64,000 bases of DNA. Source: Eledone cirrhosa. Lineage: Eukaryota. The stretch lies in the NCBI GenBank assembly GCA_964016885.1, contig OZ024742.1:155682001-155746000 (forward strand), in the 5' to 3' direction. The notes under the pieces were generated by a model, which was not told where the DNA came from, made no database searches, and worked only from the letters and a program-made list of their open reading frames with translations. Position 1 is the first letter of the stretch, and each line of letters begins with the position of its first letter. Below are positions 1 to 12,700 of this stretch, piece after piece. A program made the position numbers and the translations under genes.

Positions 1-401
1 CCTACGATAAAAGACATACGTGAAATAATATATCAAACACATCAGGATATCTACAGTATCCCCAATCAAATTAGTCCAATGTTTGTAAAGGAGAAAATAT
101 CGTTTGACGAAGATCAATTACATTCAAGCTTATGATTTAGAATATATTTTCTGAAATGCCAGTTGAACACCAGTAGATATATTTGACGAGCACTCGTTCT
201 TCATCGTCTTTACTTATCTGTGCAATAGTGACATATGAAATCATCAGTACTGAGGTTTGGCATTCTTTTGAGATACATTAGGGGGAAGGGATTACTATTA
301 TAACTAGTGTTGACATTTATGTCGTGTATTCATCAGAACAATTGTTTACTTAAGTGTTTTGATACATCCACTAAGTTCTCCATCAGTACCACCACCGCCA
401 T

Positions 402-502
<101 letters not shown>

Positions 503-743
503 TTTTCTTTATTAACCACAAGGGTTTACATGAAGTAGACATTAAGGACAGTTCAGGACAATACAGGACGGTACAAATGGGCATTTCTGCGTGTAAAAAA
601 AAACAGAGGATGTAATAAAATAAAGAAAAATTCCCCAATAGGGGGGAGACTTCCGAGGGACATTTGTGGAGAAAGCCCATTAAAAGACAACAGTGAACCT
701 GACCACCAGGGCAAGTGCCCTCTCCCAGTTTTCCACCTCTAAA

Positions 744-3700
744 TTACAGACACATACTCAGAGAAGGCCCAGTCATTCGGGCCATACTTGCTTCTCTCAC
801 CCATCTTTCAACAAAATACTGGGAAGAGAGCACTTCCCTCTCTACCCTGAATTTCCTTTTCAAAAGAAATTTGAAAAAGTTAATCAGGGCATCACCGAAG
901 AGGTAAGTGCTCGTCTTCAGCCTTTTCAAACGTGTCCACCATACTATCTCTTTCGCCATGGCCACCAGACAGATAAAAACTGCCTGCCCTTCCCGGCTAA
1001 AGGAAGAGGGCGGGACAATCCTCACGATGGACTCAGCTGATAACTGGATCCGTCCTACACGTGACAGCAGGTGTTCGACATAAACCCACAAGTCAGCGAT
1101 GCTCGAACACTGGACGAGTACGTGCAGGACGGTTTCGTAGCCCTGTGCGCATCTCGGACATGCCCGGCTGACGGCACCTCCATTCCTGTAGAGTTTATCC
1201 CGAACTGGCAAAGCTCCCCGGTAGCACTGCCAGGCCAGGGATTTCTAGGAGTTGTCCATAGGCCCCGGCCCGAAAGTCCTTCCGAAGAGATTGGCTAGTT
1301 GATTTTCGTCGACGCCTAGAGGTTCTCCAAGTACGCCGTCGCTCTTCCCCTCCACTAATCCCTTATAGAACGCCAAGGTGGAGTTTCCACCAATCACATT
1401 GCCCGATTGGTCGAGGGCTGTGAGCGCCTGAAGACATTCCAGTCTCCAAGCGCTCCCTCTCGGTCTTCGCTTGACCCAGCACAGCAGCTCCTTCAAGGAG
1501 AGGAGCTGGGGAAAAACGTGTCTAGCAAACGGCGACCACACCTGATCACCGTCGAGGAAGAGGTGGAGATGTCGTAGCCTGAGCGCGTTTCTGCGCATCA
1601 TCAGCCACAGCATGCCCAGCCCTCCACGTAGCGGGTGTTGACAGCAGATGGACCGCCTGACAATCGGAGCGCGTGCCTTCCACAAGAAGCGAAAGAGCAA
1701 ACGCTCCAGCGCAGTCAGGCGGGGCTTAGGACAAGGTACAACGGTCAGGCGGTAGTAGATGACGGACGCGATGTACGCGTTAGCCACCTCCGCTCGACCT
1801 TTCAGGGATAGCTCCCTTTCGGCCCATTTCTGGGTGAGAGAAGCCATCCTGCTCGTCACCTCGTCCCAGTTTTTGTCCGTCTGGAGGTCTGGACCGAACA
1901 AGACCCCTAGCAATTTAACCGGTCCGTCCGTCCAGCGCCCGTCGACGCTGTTGGACAGCATGGACCTGCCTCTCTAGGTGCCGAGCTGCAGGCCCACTGA
2001 CTTTTCCTGGTTGATCATTGCTCCTGTCACCGCTTCGTATTCTTTTAGTGTAGTGCCGATCGCCTCGATGTGTTTGGTGTTCGACACCACTACGGTGACA
2101 TCGTCCGCATATGATTACACGGATCTTCCGCATCCTAGTTCGCGCGGGACCCCCCTCAACGTCTCCAGTTTGTGCAGTAATGGCTCGAGAGTCAATACGT
2201 ACGATAGGGACGAGAGGGGACACCCATTGCGGACCGAGCGCATGATGTTGAACGGTTCCGTAAGGTGACCGTTCACTCTCACTACAGAGCAGATGTCGCT
2301 GTGCATGGCAGCGATCCAGCCTCTGAAGGCGGGCCCAAAGCCAGCCGCCCTCAGGACTGCCGCTAGGTAACGATGTTCGACCCTATCGAAAGCTTTCGAC
2401 TGATCTAAATTGATCGAAGACCCACCCGTGCCAGGTTGCTTAGCTACCCTCTCTACGATGTATCACATGAGGTGGAGGTTGTCGTGGATGGATCTGCCGG
2501 GAATGGCGCATGTCTGTGCCTCCCCCACCAGACCACCAACGACAAGTGCCAACCTCTTTGCTAGCACCTTGGTTAAAATCTTGAACTCTGCGTTTAGCAG
2601 AGTTATGGGCCTAAATTTATCTATGTTATCCCCCTTGTTCGGATCCTTTCTCAGCAGCGCCACCGCTCCTCGGCTCACATAGCTGGGAATTCTCCAGTGC
2701 TGTTGCCAGTTGCAGTAGACGTCCGACAAGAGGCCTCCGAACAAGTCTGGCATTTGTACGCAAAGTTTATAGGGCAGACCATCCAAACCAGGCGATTTAC
2801 CCCTTGTGCAGCCAGTCATTGCCTCCCGTACTTCAGCGTTTGTTATCGGCTGTTCGCAACACTCCGCCTCAGTAGCCGAAAGCCGCGGCAGTCCGTCGAG
2901 GTAGACACTAAAGTCCATCCCTCGATCCGGTCCTCCGATCAGTTGAGCGAAGTGTCGCTGAAAAGCTTCACACATTTGCCCGGGATCGAGTAGCATGCAC
3001 CCGTCGTAGTCCACCAAAGACCGGATCGTGGCTTTGTTCCCACGACGCGCCTCCGCCACTCGGGCCCATTGAACGGCTTTCGTCCCCTCGTGTCTGAGAG
3101 CACGCAGCCTAGCTCTGACAACGCAGCCTTTGCTTTGCATTGAAGAATTGGTCAAGTGCCAATTTCGCCGCAAGTACGTCGGTCGCGATGCCTTTGCTAA
3201 GCGCCTCGTCTAATTTTCTAACTAATTCTCCCTCTGCTCTATTTTTTCTCTATTGCTAAAGCCTTACTAAACCTAATGGACTCTATTCTAATTGCTCTTT
3301 TCAGAGCAAACCACCACTTGTTGTTGACGATGGCCCCCGTCAACGCCCGCTTAACTACTTCGCTAATCCGGTCTCTGTAGGCCTTGCGCGCTGGTAAGGA
3401 CGCGTTTAGCTTCCAGTAGCCGGGTCCTCATCCATGAAGCCTATCTAAGTCAAGCACATAGATCACGAATTTGTGGTCCGTGTAGCTGACTATCTTGAAT
3501 TGTGGACAGCCTATGCTAGACCTATCTATTTCCCTACAACATACTCTATCTAGATATGATCTGGATGACCCTATGCGATTTGTCCAAGTCCACACTGGTA
3601 CATTCGGGAAATACGATCAGTACCTGTCAGACATTTCAAAACGCCTGAGCAGGTTGGTGAGGCTCTTACACCCTCCACCCCTATCCGCTAATCCCACACA

Positions 3701-4163
3701 GTCCCAGCGTGCATCTAAGATCCCGTTCCAGTTGCCCACTAACATTAAAGAGCGGGACGTTCCAAGAAAGGTCTCTAGACGCCGGAAGAAATCAGGCCGC
3801 CCTGCTCCTGTCGGGGCATAGACGGCCACTAACCTGAAAGCTTGCCCGTCTCCGCTGATCACGTCCAGCACCACCAACTTACCTTCTGGGTCCAGGAAGA
3901 TGGCCCGTATTGCAAGATCCAAAGCTCTCCGAAAAAGTACAGCAACCCCCTCCCCCCCTCCACCCCGATCCCGTACGGCTGGGAGATGCGTACACATCGT
4001 AGCCGCCGAAGATCGGTGCGAAGGCCCGTGCTTCGGATATTCTGGTCTCGCTAATGGCCACTACATCTATGTTTAGTGACCTGAGGTCGTTGAGCAGGTG
4101 GCCCTGCTTCCATGGCGACCCCAAGCCACGCGCATTTATGCTGCCTATTCTGAGTGAGGTCAT
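744..4163 (-). pseudogene. Tx1-type ORF2 (APE endonuclease, reverse transcriptase, zinc knuckle), broken by frameshifts and stops
   Basis: ORF pieces: MTSLRIGSINARGL..VAISET, LVAVYAP, LVGNWN (APE); KSPGLDGLP, FRPITLLNAEFKIL, SVRNGCPLSSL (RT); CPRC..ETVLHVLVQC (CCHC). Confidence 0.9.
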
Positions 4164-4202
4164 GTTGAAAAGGAGTGGAAAAGATGGGAAAGACCACTTA
4201 CC

Positions 4203-5888
4203 TTACTTCTCGTAGAGGAAGGACGGTTTTTCCATCCTTTTCACTGCTTGTGGCCTCCTCAGGAAGGATATGTCCTTATAAACCCTCCTGGAGAGTGCTT
4301 GTCGGAAGTCTCCGATGTCTTTGGGGAATTTTTGTTTTAGTCTCATGTACGTTTTCTGTGTGATGCGAGTGATTTGTATGTGTGGAGGTGGTGTGAATTT
4401 TCGGGTTGTTGTGTAGTCTTTTTCTGTGATGCTCGTTTTGTGTTGGATGTAGTGTAATAATTGCTTGTTGTTCAAATTTAATGCTGTGTAGTGTGTATCG
4501 TTTTGGTCGTTTTGTTTTGTTTGCGTTTGCTGTGGGTTTGTTTCTGTTTCGCATTTTAGTGACTTTTGTGGTGTAGGTGATGGTGGTGTTGGGGTTAATG
4601 ATGGTGATGGTGTTGGCGTTTGGGTTGATGGGGTTGGTGATGCTGGTGTGGATGGTGGCATATCTGTCGTAACTTTTGTGTTTGTTAAATTATTTGTTTC
4701 CCTCTGTATTTTCTTTTTGGAGGGGTAAAGAAGAGAATTTTTACCTTTTTGGTTTCTTTTTGTTTTCCTGATACCGTTTCCCACTCCTCGTCGCCACAAT
4801 CTGTCTAAGATTTGTGATAGGCCGGGGAGTGGAAAATCCTCCACAGGCGTTAGTTTTGGTTGTGGTGTGGTGGATGGTGTAGGCGCTGGTGCTAGTTCTG
4901 AAGCGTTGGGTGGTGGTGGTGTTGGTTTTGCTGGTGGTGGTGGTGTTGGTTTTGCTACTGTTGCTTGGGTTGTTGCTGTTATAGTTGCCTCTGTTGTTGC
5001 TGCTACAGTTGTTGCTGTCATCTCTGCTACTGTTGGTGTTGATGGTTGTGTCACTGGGGTGGGTAGGAGAGGTGGCCTCAACCTTTTAGCCTGAGGGCAG
5101 AAAGCTCTTAGGTGGGTTCCTTCACCACAAACGACACACCTAGGCCTTCTGCCATCGACAATTACGGTGAGGTGGCTGCCGTCAGTGAGGTCTATTACCT
5201 CTGGGATCTCCTCAATGCTTTTTTGATCCGCTTGGATCAGGAGCTCCATCCCAGATCCGAACCAGTTCTCCTGCTTTTCTTTTGCTATTGCTATTATCTT
5301 TGTGTTGGCTTCGATGCCGGCGAGGACGGCCGCTATTAGCCAGGGAATTTCGATGGCCGGTGGAACGTGGGTCACCCTGATCTTTACGAGTCTCTGGCCA
5401 CAATAGCTTGGGACGAGTATGAAGTCGTCACTTATTAATGGGGCCATGGAGTGTTCTCTAACCTCCTCTGGTGTTTCAAAGAACACGTCCCCGGTTCCAT
5501 ACTTCTGCCCATGTCTGATGTGGGTTTTTCTTGCCCACACATGTCCCAAAGCTTTTTGGATTTGGGACTCGGATGCCCGTTCCACTCGGCGCGATTTTAC
5601 ATTTATTGGTTCGATACGACACGGTGCATAGGCGCCGTTGCTCCATTTTATTAGGTGTAGGGTGAGGCATACCCTGTACCCATCTTTCTTTACCATTTGT
5701 TTGGCATTTTCTAATTCCTCCTGAGTTACCGTAAATGCTTCGCACTGATTTGCTATTCTGGCAAAACTCAGGGTGGTTTTTTTAATGTCATTGTTGTTGT
5801 TGTTGCTATCGTTATTTTTGTTATTATTAATTTTAGATTCAGTTGTGGTGGTGGTGACGTCAGTGAAGTTCCGTTTGGGAGAGTCCAT
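4203..5888 (-). CDS. Tx1-type ORF1 (gag-like nucleic-acid-binding protein with zinc knuckle and Pro/Thr-rich linker)
   Basis: Open 561-aa frame directly upstream of ORF2, motif GRRPRCVVCGEGTHLRAFC (CX2CX4HX4C); homologous to 27485..28681. Confidence 0.82.
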   Translation of the reverse strand: MDSPKRNFTDVTTTTTESKINNNKNNDSNNNNNDIKKTTLSFARIANQCEAFTVTQEELENAKQMVKKDGYRVCLTLHLIKWSNGAYAPCRIEPINVKSRRVERASESQIQKALGHVWARKTHIRHGQKYGTGDVFFETPEEVREHSMAPLISDDFILVPSYCGQRLVKIRVTHVPPAIEIPWLIAAVLAGIEANTKIIAIAKEKQENWFGSGMELLIQADQKSIEEIPEVIDLTDGSHLTVIVDGRRPRCVVCGEGTHLRAFCPQAKRLRPPLLPTPVTQPSTPTVAEMTATTVAATTEATITATTQATVAKPTPPPPAKPTPPPPNASELAPAPTPSTTPQPKLTPVEDFPLPGLSQILDRLWRRGVGNGIRKTKRNQKGKNSLLYPSKKKIQRETNNLTNTKVTTDMPPSTPASPTPSTQTPTPSPSLTPTPPSPTPQKSLKCETETNPQQTQTKQNDQNDTHYTALNLNNKQLLHYIQHKTSITEKDYTTTRKFTPPPHIQITRITQKTYMRLKQKFPKDIGDFRQALSRRVYKDISFLRRPQAVKRMEKPSFLYEK

Positions 5889-6381
5889 TTTGGTTGAAAA
5901 TATTTCGACATCACGAGTTGATTTATTTTTTCCTTTTGTTTATGTTGTCGCGGTGGTGGCGGTGCTGGCGGTTTTAACACCTGCAGTCATTGGTAATGGC
6001 GGGAAATGAATGTCTGCCTGAGACAAATTTAAAATATTGCTAGTGCTTAAATTGTTTGGCAAAGACTTAAATTGGCAAACGTAGTAATATTTACAATGGT
6101 GGTGTCGGTGTGAGGTGTTAATTTGTGAGAAAGGCTTTCAGCTGCTTGGTGCAGTGGTGAATTAGCCACTTTTTTTGCAAAGAAATTTTTTTAATAATCA
6201 TAAAAGTTTAAATTTTGGGCACAAGGCCCCAATCTTTTTGGCTGTCCTTTTCGGAAAACAATGTATGTGCGCTTATATATAGTTAACAATAAAAATTTTC
6301 CATAAATGGCAATTTTTAACAAACGGAAATAACAAACATTTGCGGAGTGCTCACGATGATACGATTTACTACGTAGGTCGC

Positions 6382-6382
<1 letters not shown>

Positions 6383-6418
<36 letters not shown>
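6383..6418. repeat. (AAT)n spacer
   Basis: Pure AAT run between the T1 5' end and the next Tx1 3' end. Confidence 0.97.
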
Positions 6419-6419
<1 letters not shown>

Positions 6420-7261
6420 TTTTCTTTATTAACCACAAGGGTTTACATAAAGTAGACATTAAGGACATTACAGGACAATACAGGACGGTACAAATGGGCA
6501 TTTCTGCGTGTAAAAAAAACAGAGGATGAAATAAAATAACAAAGAAAAATTTCCCAATAGGGGGGGAGACTTCCGAGGGACATTTGTGGAGAAAGCCCAT
6601 TAAAAGACCACAGTGGCCCTGACCACCAGGGCAAATGCCCTCTCCCAGTTTTCCCTCTCTACCCTGATTTTCCTTTACAAATGACATTTGAAAAAGTTAA
6701 TCAGGGCATCAGCGAAGAGGCAAGTGCTCGTCTTCAGCCCTTTCAAACGTGTCCACCATACTATCTATTTCGCCATGGCCACCAGACAGATAAAAACTGC
6801 CTGCCCTTCCCGGCTAAAGGAAGAGGGCGGGGCAATCATCACGATGGACTCAGCTGATAGCTGGATCCGTCCTACACGTGACAGCAGGTTTTCGACATAA
6901 ACCCACAAGTCAGCAATGCTCGGACACTGGACGAGTGCGGAGAGGACGGTTTCGTCGCCCTGTGCGTATCTCGGACATGCCCGGCTGACGGCACCTCCAT
7001 GACTGTAGAGTTTATCCCGAACTGGCAAGGCTCCTCGGTAGCACTGCCAGGCCATAGATTTCTGGAAGTTGTCCATAGGCCCTGGCCCGAAAGTTCTACC
7101 GAAGAGATTGGCTAGTTGATTTTCGTCGACGCCTAGAGTTTCCCCAAGTACGTCGTCGCTCTTCCCCTCCACTAATCCTCTATAGAACACCGAGGTGGAG
7201 TTTCCACCGATCACATTGCTCGATTGGTCGAGGGCTGTGAGCGCCTGAAGACATTCCTGTC

Positions 7262-7263
<2 letters not shown>
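6418..7263 (-). mobile_element. 5'-truncated copy of Tx1 family T1 (end of ORF2 plus 3' UTR)
   Basis: Closely similar to 501-1447 with the same 3' terminus; about 100 bp deleted between two TTCC motifs. Confidence 0.92.

Positions 7264-7316
<53 letters not shown>
7264..7316. repeat. (AAT)n spacer between two 5'-truncated ends
   Basis: Pure AAT run, head-to-head junction between Tx1 (-) and Dong (+). Confidence 0.97.
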
Positions 7317-7318
<2 letters not shown>

Positions 7319-9700
7319 TTCTGGAGAGGAATATGGGAGCAGGATGTTAGACACAATGCCCAGGCAGGGTGGATTGAGACAGTACAGAGGGAGATCGGTG
7401 AGCAGGCACAGCAACAGACTGATTTGAGTATCACAGTTGAAACTCTTAAGGGGCAAGCCAAAAAACTAACCAACTGGAAATCACCAGGCCCAGATGGTGT
7501 GCAGGGGTATTGGATTAAACATTTAACATCCCTCCACCCGAAGCTGACGGCCATGTTCAATGACTGCTTGGTGTCGGGTGAGGTGCCAGAGTGGTTGACA
7601 AAAGGTACCACAGTTCTGATAATGAAAGACCGAATCAAGGGTAATGATGTTACCAACTATAGACCTATCACATGTCTGCCCGTAATGTGGAAACTGTTGA
7701 CGAGCATTGTGTCTGAGGAAATCTACCATCACCTCCACACAAACAACTTGTTGCCGGACGAACAGAAAGGATGCCGAAAGAAGTCACGTGGTACAAAGGA
7801 CCAGTTGCTTATTGATAAGATGGTAATGGGGAATTGCAGGAGGAGACACACTGATCTTGCCATGGGATGGATAGACTACAGAAAGGAATTTGACATGGTG
7901 CCTCATTCCTGGATCACCAAAAGCCTGGAGATCTTCAGGGTGGCAGATAACATCAGACAGTTGCTGGGCAGGAGTATGGGGTCCTGGGAGACAGAGTTGA
8001 CATCAACTGGAGTATCCTTGGGAAGCGTGAAGATCAAGAGAGGTATCTTCCAGGGAGATAGCCTGTCCCCTCTGTTGTTTGTCCTTGCCCTGATGCCCTT
8101 GACCATTATGCTGCGAAAAGTGAGAGCAGGATACAAGTTGGGAAGGGGAGAGCTTACCATCAATCACCTCCTCTTCATGGACGATCTTAAGCTCTTCGGG
8201 AAAAGTGAGAAGGAGTTGGATGTGCTTGTTGACACTGTCCGTATTTTCAGCAGTGATATATGTATGCAGTTTGGTATTGGTAAATGTGGAGTCATTGTGA
8301 TGAGGAGGGGTAGGTTGAGCAGAAGTAACGGGATCCAGATACCAACAGGTGAGATGATAAAGGAAATTGACTCTGAGGAAGGATACAAGTATTTGGGCGT
8401 TCTGGAGGCTGATGGCATAAAGAACAAAAAAATGAAGGAATTGTTAAGAACTGAATACATTCGGAGAGTAAGGAGCGTATTGAAGTCACATCTGAACAGC
8501 AGAAATGCCATAAGCGCAGTAAATTCCCGAGCTGTGTCTATTATTAGGTACAGTGCGGGAATTCTGAGATGGAATGTTGCTGAACAAAAAGAAATGGATA
8601 GGAAGACTAGGAAGCTATTGACTATCTACAACATGTTCCACAAGAGGAGTGATGTCGATAGACTCTACCTAAGGAGATCTGAGGGTGGAAGAGGTCTTAT
8701 CAGCATAGAGGACTGTGTTCAGATGGAGAAAAACAACCTATACAAATACGTGACCTATAGTAAGGAGCCAATGCTCAGAGCTGTACTGAAGGAGGGGACA
8801 GTAGGCCAGGGGATACCCAAGGAGGAAATAACATCAAGGAGGAAGAGCAGCCTTAAGGGAAAATCCCTTCATAGTACCTTCTTTGAGAAAACTGAATTTA
8901 GAGATCCACAGACATGGAACTGGTTGAGAAGAGGAGACCTCAAAAAGGCTACAGAAGGAATGCTAATGGCTGCGCAGGAGCAGGCCCTCAAAACGAAGTG
9001 GTTGAAGCACCATATCTACAAGGAGGAGGCTAGCCCACTGTGCAGGATCTGTGGAGAGAGAGAGGAGACTGTGGCTCACATTGTGTCCGAGTGTAAACAC
9101 CTAGCCCAGACCCACTATAAGGGCTGGAGACACGATGTGATGGGCAGGGTGATCCACTGGCACCTGTGCAAAGTAAACAATCTACCACATTCTGAGAAAT
9201 GGTATGAGCATAGGCCAGAGGCGGTGATGGAGAACAGTCAGGTGAAGGTGCTGTGGGATTTTAGGATACAGACGGACAAAAAACTGGAACACAATAGACC
9301 TGACCTGGTAGTTGTGGACAAAGAAAAAAGATCGTGCCTGATTGTGGAAGTGGCCTGCCCGTTCGACACGAGAGTGCAAGAGAAGGAGAGGGAGAAAATT
9401 AACCGATACCAGGACCTAAAGTGGGAGGTGAAAAGGATTTGGAACTGCCATGATGTCAAAGTGATCCCGATTGTCATAGGCGCACTGGGGACTATCTCCA
9501 AAGGTTTCCAGGGATGGTTAAAGAAAATCGGCCCCTTCACGCTTTTTGGAACGCTTCAAAAGGCATGCTTGCTTGGAACGGCAAGAACCCTCCGATACGT
9601 CCTGAATATCTGAGGCTGCAGGTAGTGGCTTGATATTCAATCCAACGGACTTTCCAGTTAACCAACATCAATGACTGAGATTCAAGGAATAACAATAACA
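7317..9700 (+). mobile_element. 5'-truncated R4/Dong-like non-LTR retrotransposon, family A copy 1
   Basis: Nearly identical to 16529-18910; ends in AAC/AAT repeats. Confidence 0.92.
7424..9613 (+). pseudogene. Truncated RT plus restriction-like endonuclease (RLE) ORF
   Basis: Motifs YRPITCL, RGIFQGDSLSP, LLFMDDLKL, CRIC..ETVAHIVSEC, RHD, NRPDLVVVD, IVIGALG, LQKACLLGTAR; lacks the N-terminal ~400 aa; KAFD is KEFD here. Confidence 0.9.
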
Positions 9701-9727
9701 ATAATAATAATAATAATAATAATAATT

Positions 9728-12700
9728 AGGGAAGAAGACGCACGAGGTGACGGAGGTCATGAAATCGCTCCCGTAAGCTTTGAATTTTTAACATATTTAA
9801 ATCATTTGTGAAATAACAACTCTTAGTACAAATGCTACGTAAAGCACCCGGCTTGAGCCCCAAAAAATTCGGACCCAAAATATATTGTTATAAGGCTCAA
9901 ATATTCAAATATTCAACTTTGTATTTTATACTGTATATCCAAAAAAGAAAATGGCTATAAATGGAAGAAGACCCCCCCCCTCCTCTTCTCTGTCTACACT
10001 GTATAGAACAGCCAAACTCACCAACACCAGAAACTAGATACACCACCCACCCCATCACCTGTGTACACTAAACACAACAGCCAGATAACGGCATTTTCAC
10101 CACCACCGCTCACTACGGCCATTATTACCACCATTATCCCATCACCGACGCCACCACCCCTTCACTCCTTCACTGCTACCACCGCTACAGCACCATCACT
10201 ACAGTACTACAGTCACATCACCGCCACCACTGCCTCGGTATCGACATCACCACCACCACTGTCTCAGTATCGCTACCGCCGCCAGTATTCCAATTTCCCC
10301 AGCTGGCTGCTGCCACCACATTATAGAATCCTTACTGCTAAAAAAGAGGAAGGCATCAAAATATATAGATAGACTCAAAAGAAAAAAGAAAAAACAAACA
10401 ACAAAACCAAAGCAGCACAGCAACAACAGCAAAAAACGAGAAAAACAAACAGAGAAAAACAAAAACAAAAAAAAACCCCCCAAAACGTAAAGAAAATAAG
10501 AATGAAGAGAGAAGCAGACGGACGGACAGAGAAGAGGGGGAAAAACTAAAACTTAAAAAACAAAAACTAAGTCAGACATTCGAACACTACATTACAATGA
10601 AACTTATGCTTATTCATTTTTGGGGCCCTTTCTGCCTGTGTGTTTGTTTATGTGTGTTCGTATACAGCGTGGTGATAATGCCACACAAGGGCCAAGTGGA
10701 ATGGCGGATCCACAGATGGATATGTAACCATACATTCGCCAATCCTCGATAAGAGTGTTTAAATATCGAACATAAACAGTTCGAATAACGGTGAAATGGA
10801 GACTAGAACGTCATGTGACAGACTCTCACCCAACAGGTGCCCCCTGGCTCAGCAGCAGCAACCTGACTGTCAACCAAATACTGCTAATGTTGGAGGAAGG
10901 AGAAGAAGGAAAGGGGCCAGAACCAACTGGACGAAAGAATTGAATAGAACTGTTATGCAATGTTACCTGAAAAGTAACCCCAAGGAGAGGGGCTACAGGA
11001 GACGGATGCATAACATCTGGAACGAGATTGGTTTATTGAAATTAGATGAACAAAAATTGGCCGGGCAGGCTCGGGTAATAAGAACTAATGGGTGGATAGG
11101 CGAGCTGGAACTGGAGGAACTGAGCAGAGAGAATGGCTTGGAGATGGCGGGTGTAGTATGCCAGACAAGCGAGCCAGTGGGAAATGAAGGTGAAGAGGTC
11201 CTGAGAACGGAGGAACCACCCGAAGCAGACAATGATCTGAATACTGAGATAAATAATACCTGGAACAGAGATACGGCCACTGAGGAGATGAATGCTGACG
11301 GGCTAGGACAAGATTCGGTTGACATCCTAAATTTAGTGGTAGATGAATTGAACAATGATAGTGGGAGACCTATGAACCTAAGATTTGTAGACAGGAAAAA
11401 GTTAAAAGAAACAACAGCTAAGGTAAACAAAGTCATCCCATACCTTGAGGCGAGGAGCCTTCACCAGTGCAAAAATATCCTCAAAGCAACAGCAAATACG
11501 GTGAGGAAACTACTTGGTATAAAGGCGAGAGGAAACAACAGACAAGAAAGAGCAGAGCCATGGTGGAAGAAGCGACTGAGTGGGCAAATCGGGGAAATGA
11601 GAAATGACATAGGAAAGCTTGAGTCACTACTGAATGGGACACTAAAAAACATAGGCACTAAAAATAGACTGGAAATAAAATACAAAACTAGGAGGAAAAA
11701 GCTAAATATTATCATAGAGGAACTGAAGCAACGCATTGTAGCAAAAAGTGCAAAAATCAGGCGATACGAGAACAGAGTCAGTCAGTATAAACAGAACCGC
11801 ATGTTCGACAACAACCAGAAGATGCTGTTTGGACAGCTTGAGGGGAAAGAAAGAGGCAACGACTTGATCCCTGGGGCGGAGCAAACTAAAACATTCTGGA
11901 GAGGAATATGGGAGCAGGATGTTAGACATAATGTCCAGGCAGGGTGGATTGAGACAGTACAGAGGGAGATCGGTGAGCAGGCACAGCAACAGACTGATTT
12001 GAGTATCACAGTTGAAACTCTTAAGGGGCAGGCCAAAAAACTAACCAACTGGAAATCACCAGGCCCAGATGGTGTGCAGGGGTATTGGATTAAACATTTA
12101 ACATCCCTCCACCCGAAGCCGACGGCCATGTTCAATGACTGCTTGGCGTCGGGTGAGGTGCCAGAGTGGTTGACAAAAGGTACCACAGTTCTGATAATGA
12201 AAGACCGAATCAAGGGTAATGATGTTACCAACTATAGACCTATCACATGTCTGTCCGTAATGTGGAAACTGTTGACGAGCATTGTGTCTGAGGAAATCTA
12301 CCATCACCTCCACACAAACAACTTGTTACCGGACGAACAGAAAGGATGCCGAAAGAAGTCACGTGGTACAAAGGACCAGTTACTTATTGATAAGATGGTA
12401 ATGGGGAATTGCAGGAGGAGACACACTGATCTTGCCATGGGATGGATAGACTACAGAAAGGCATTTGACATGGTGCCTCATTATTGGATCACCAAAAGCC
12501 TGGAGATCTTCAGGGTGGCAGATAACATCAGACAGTTGCTGGGCAGGAGTATGGGGTCCTGGGAGACAGAGTTGACATCAACTGGATTATCCTTGGGAAG
12601 CGTGAAGATCAAGAGAGGTATCTTCCAGGGAGATAGCCTGTCCCCTCTGTTGTTTGTCCTTGCCCTGATGCCCTTGACCATCATGCTGCGAAAAGTGAGA

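Noticed and set aside
9728-9900. HDV-like ribozyme at the Dong 5' end, as in R2
   Set aside because: I could not build the P1/P1.1/P2/P3 nested pseudoknot here. TCCTCGA near 10,743 and GCTAATGGTTC near 20,207 resemble parts of it but lack P3 or P1 partners.
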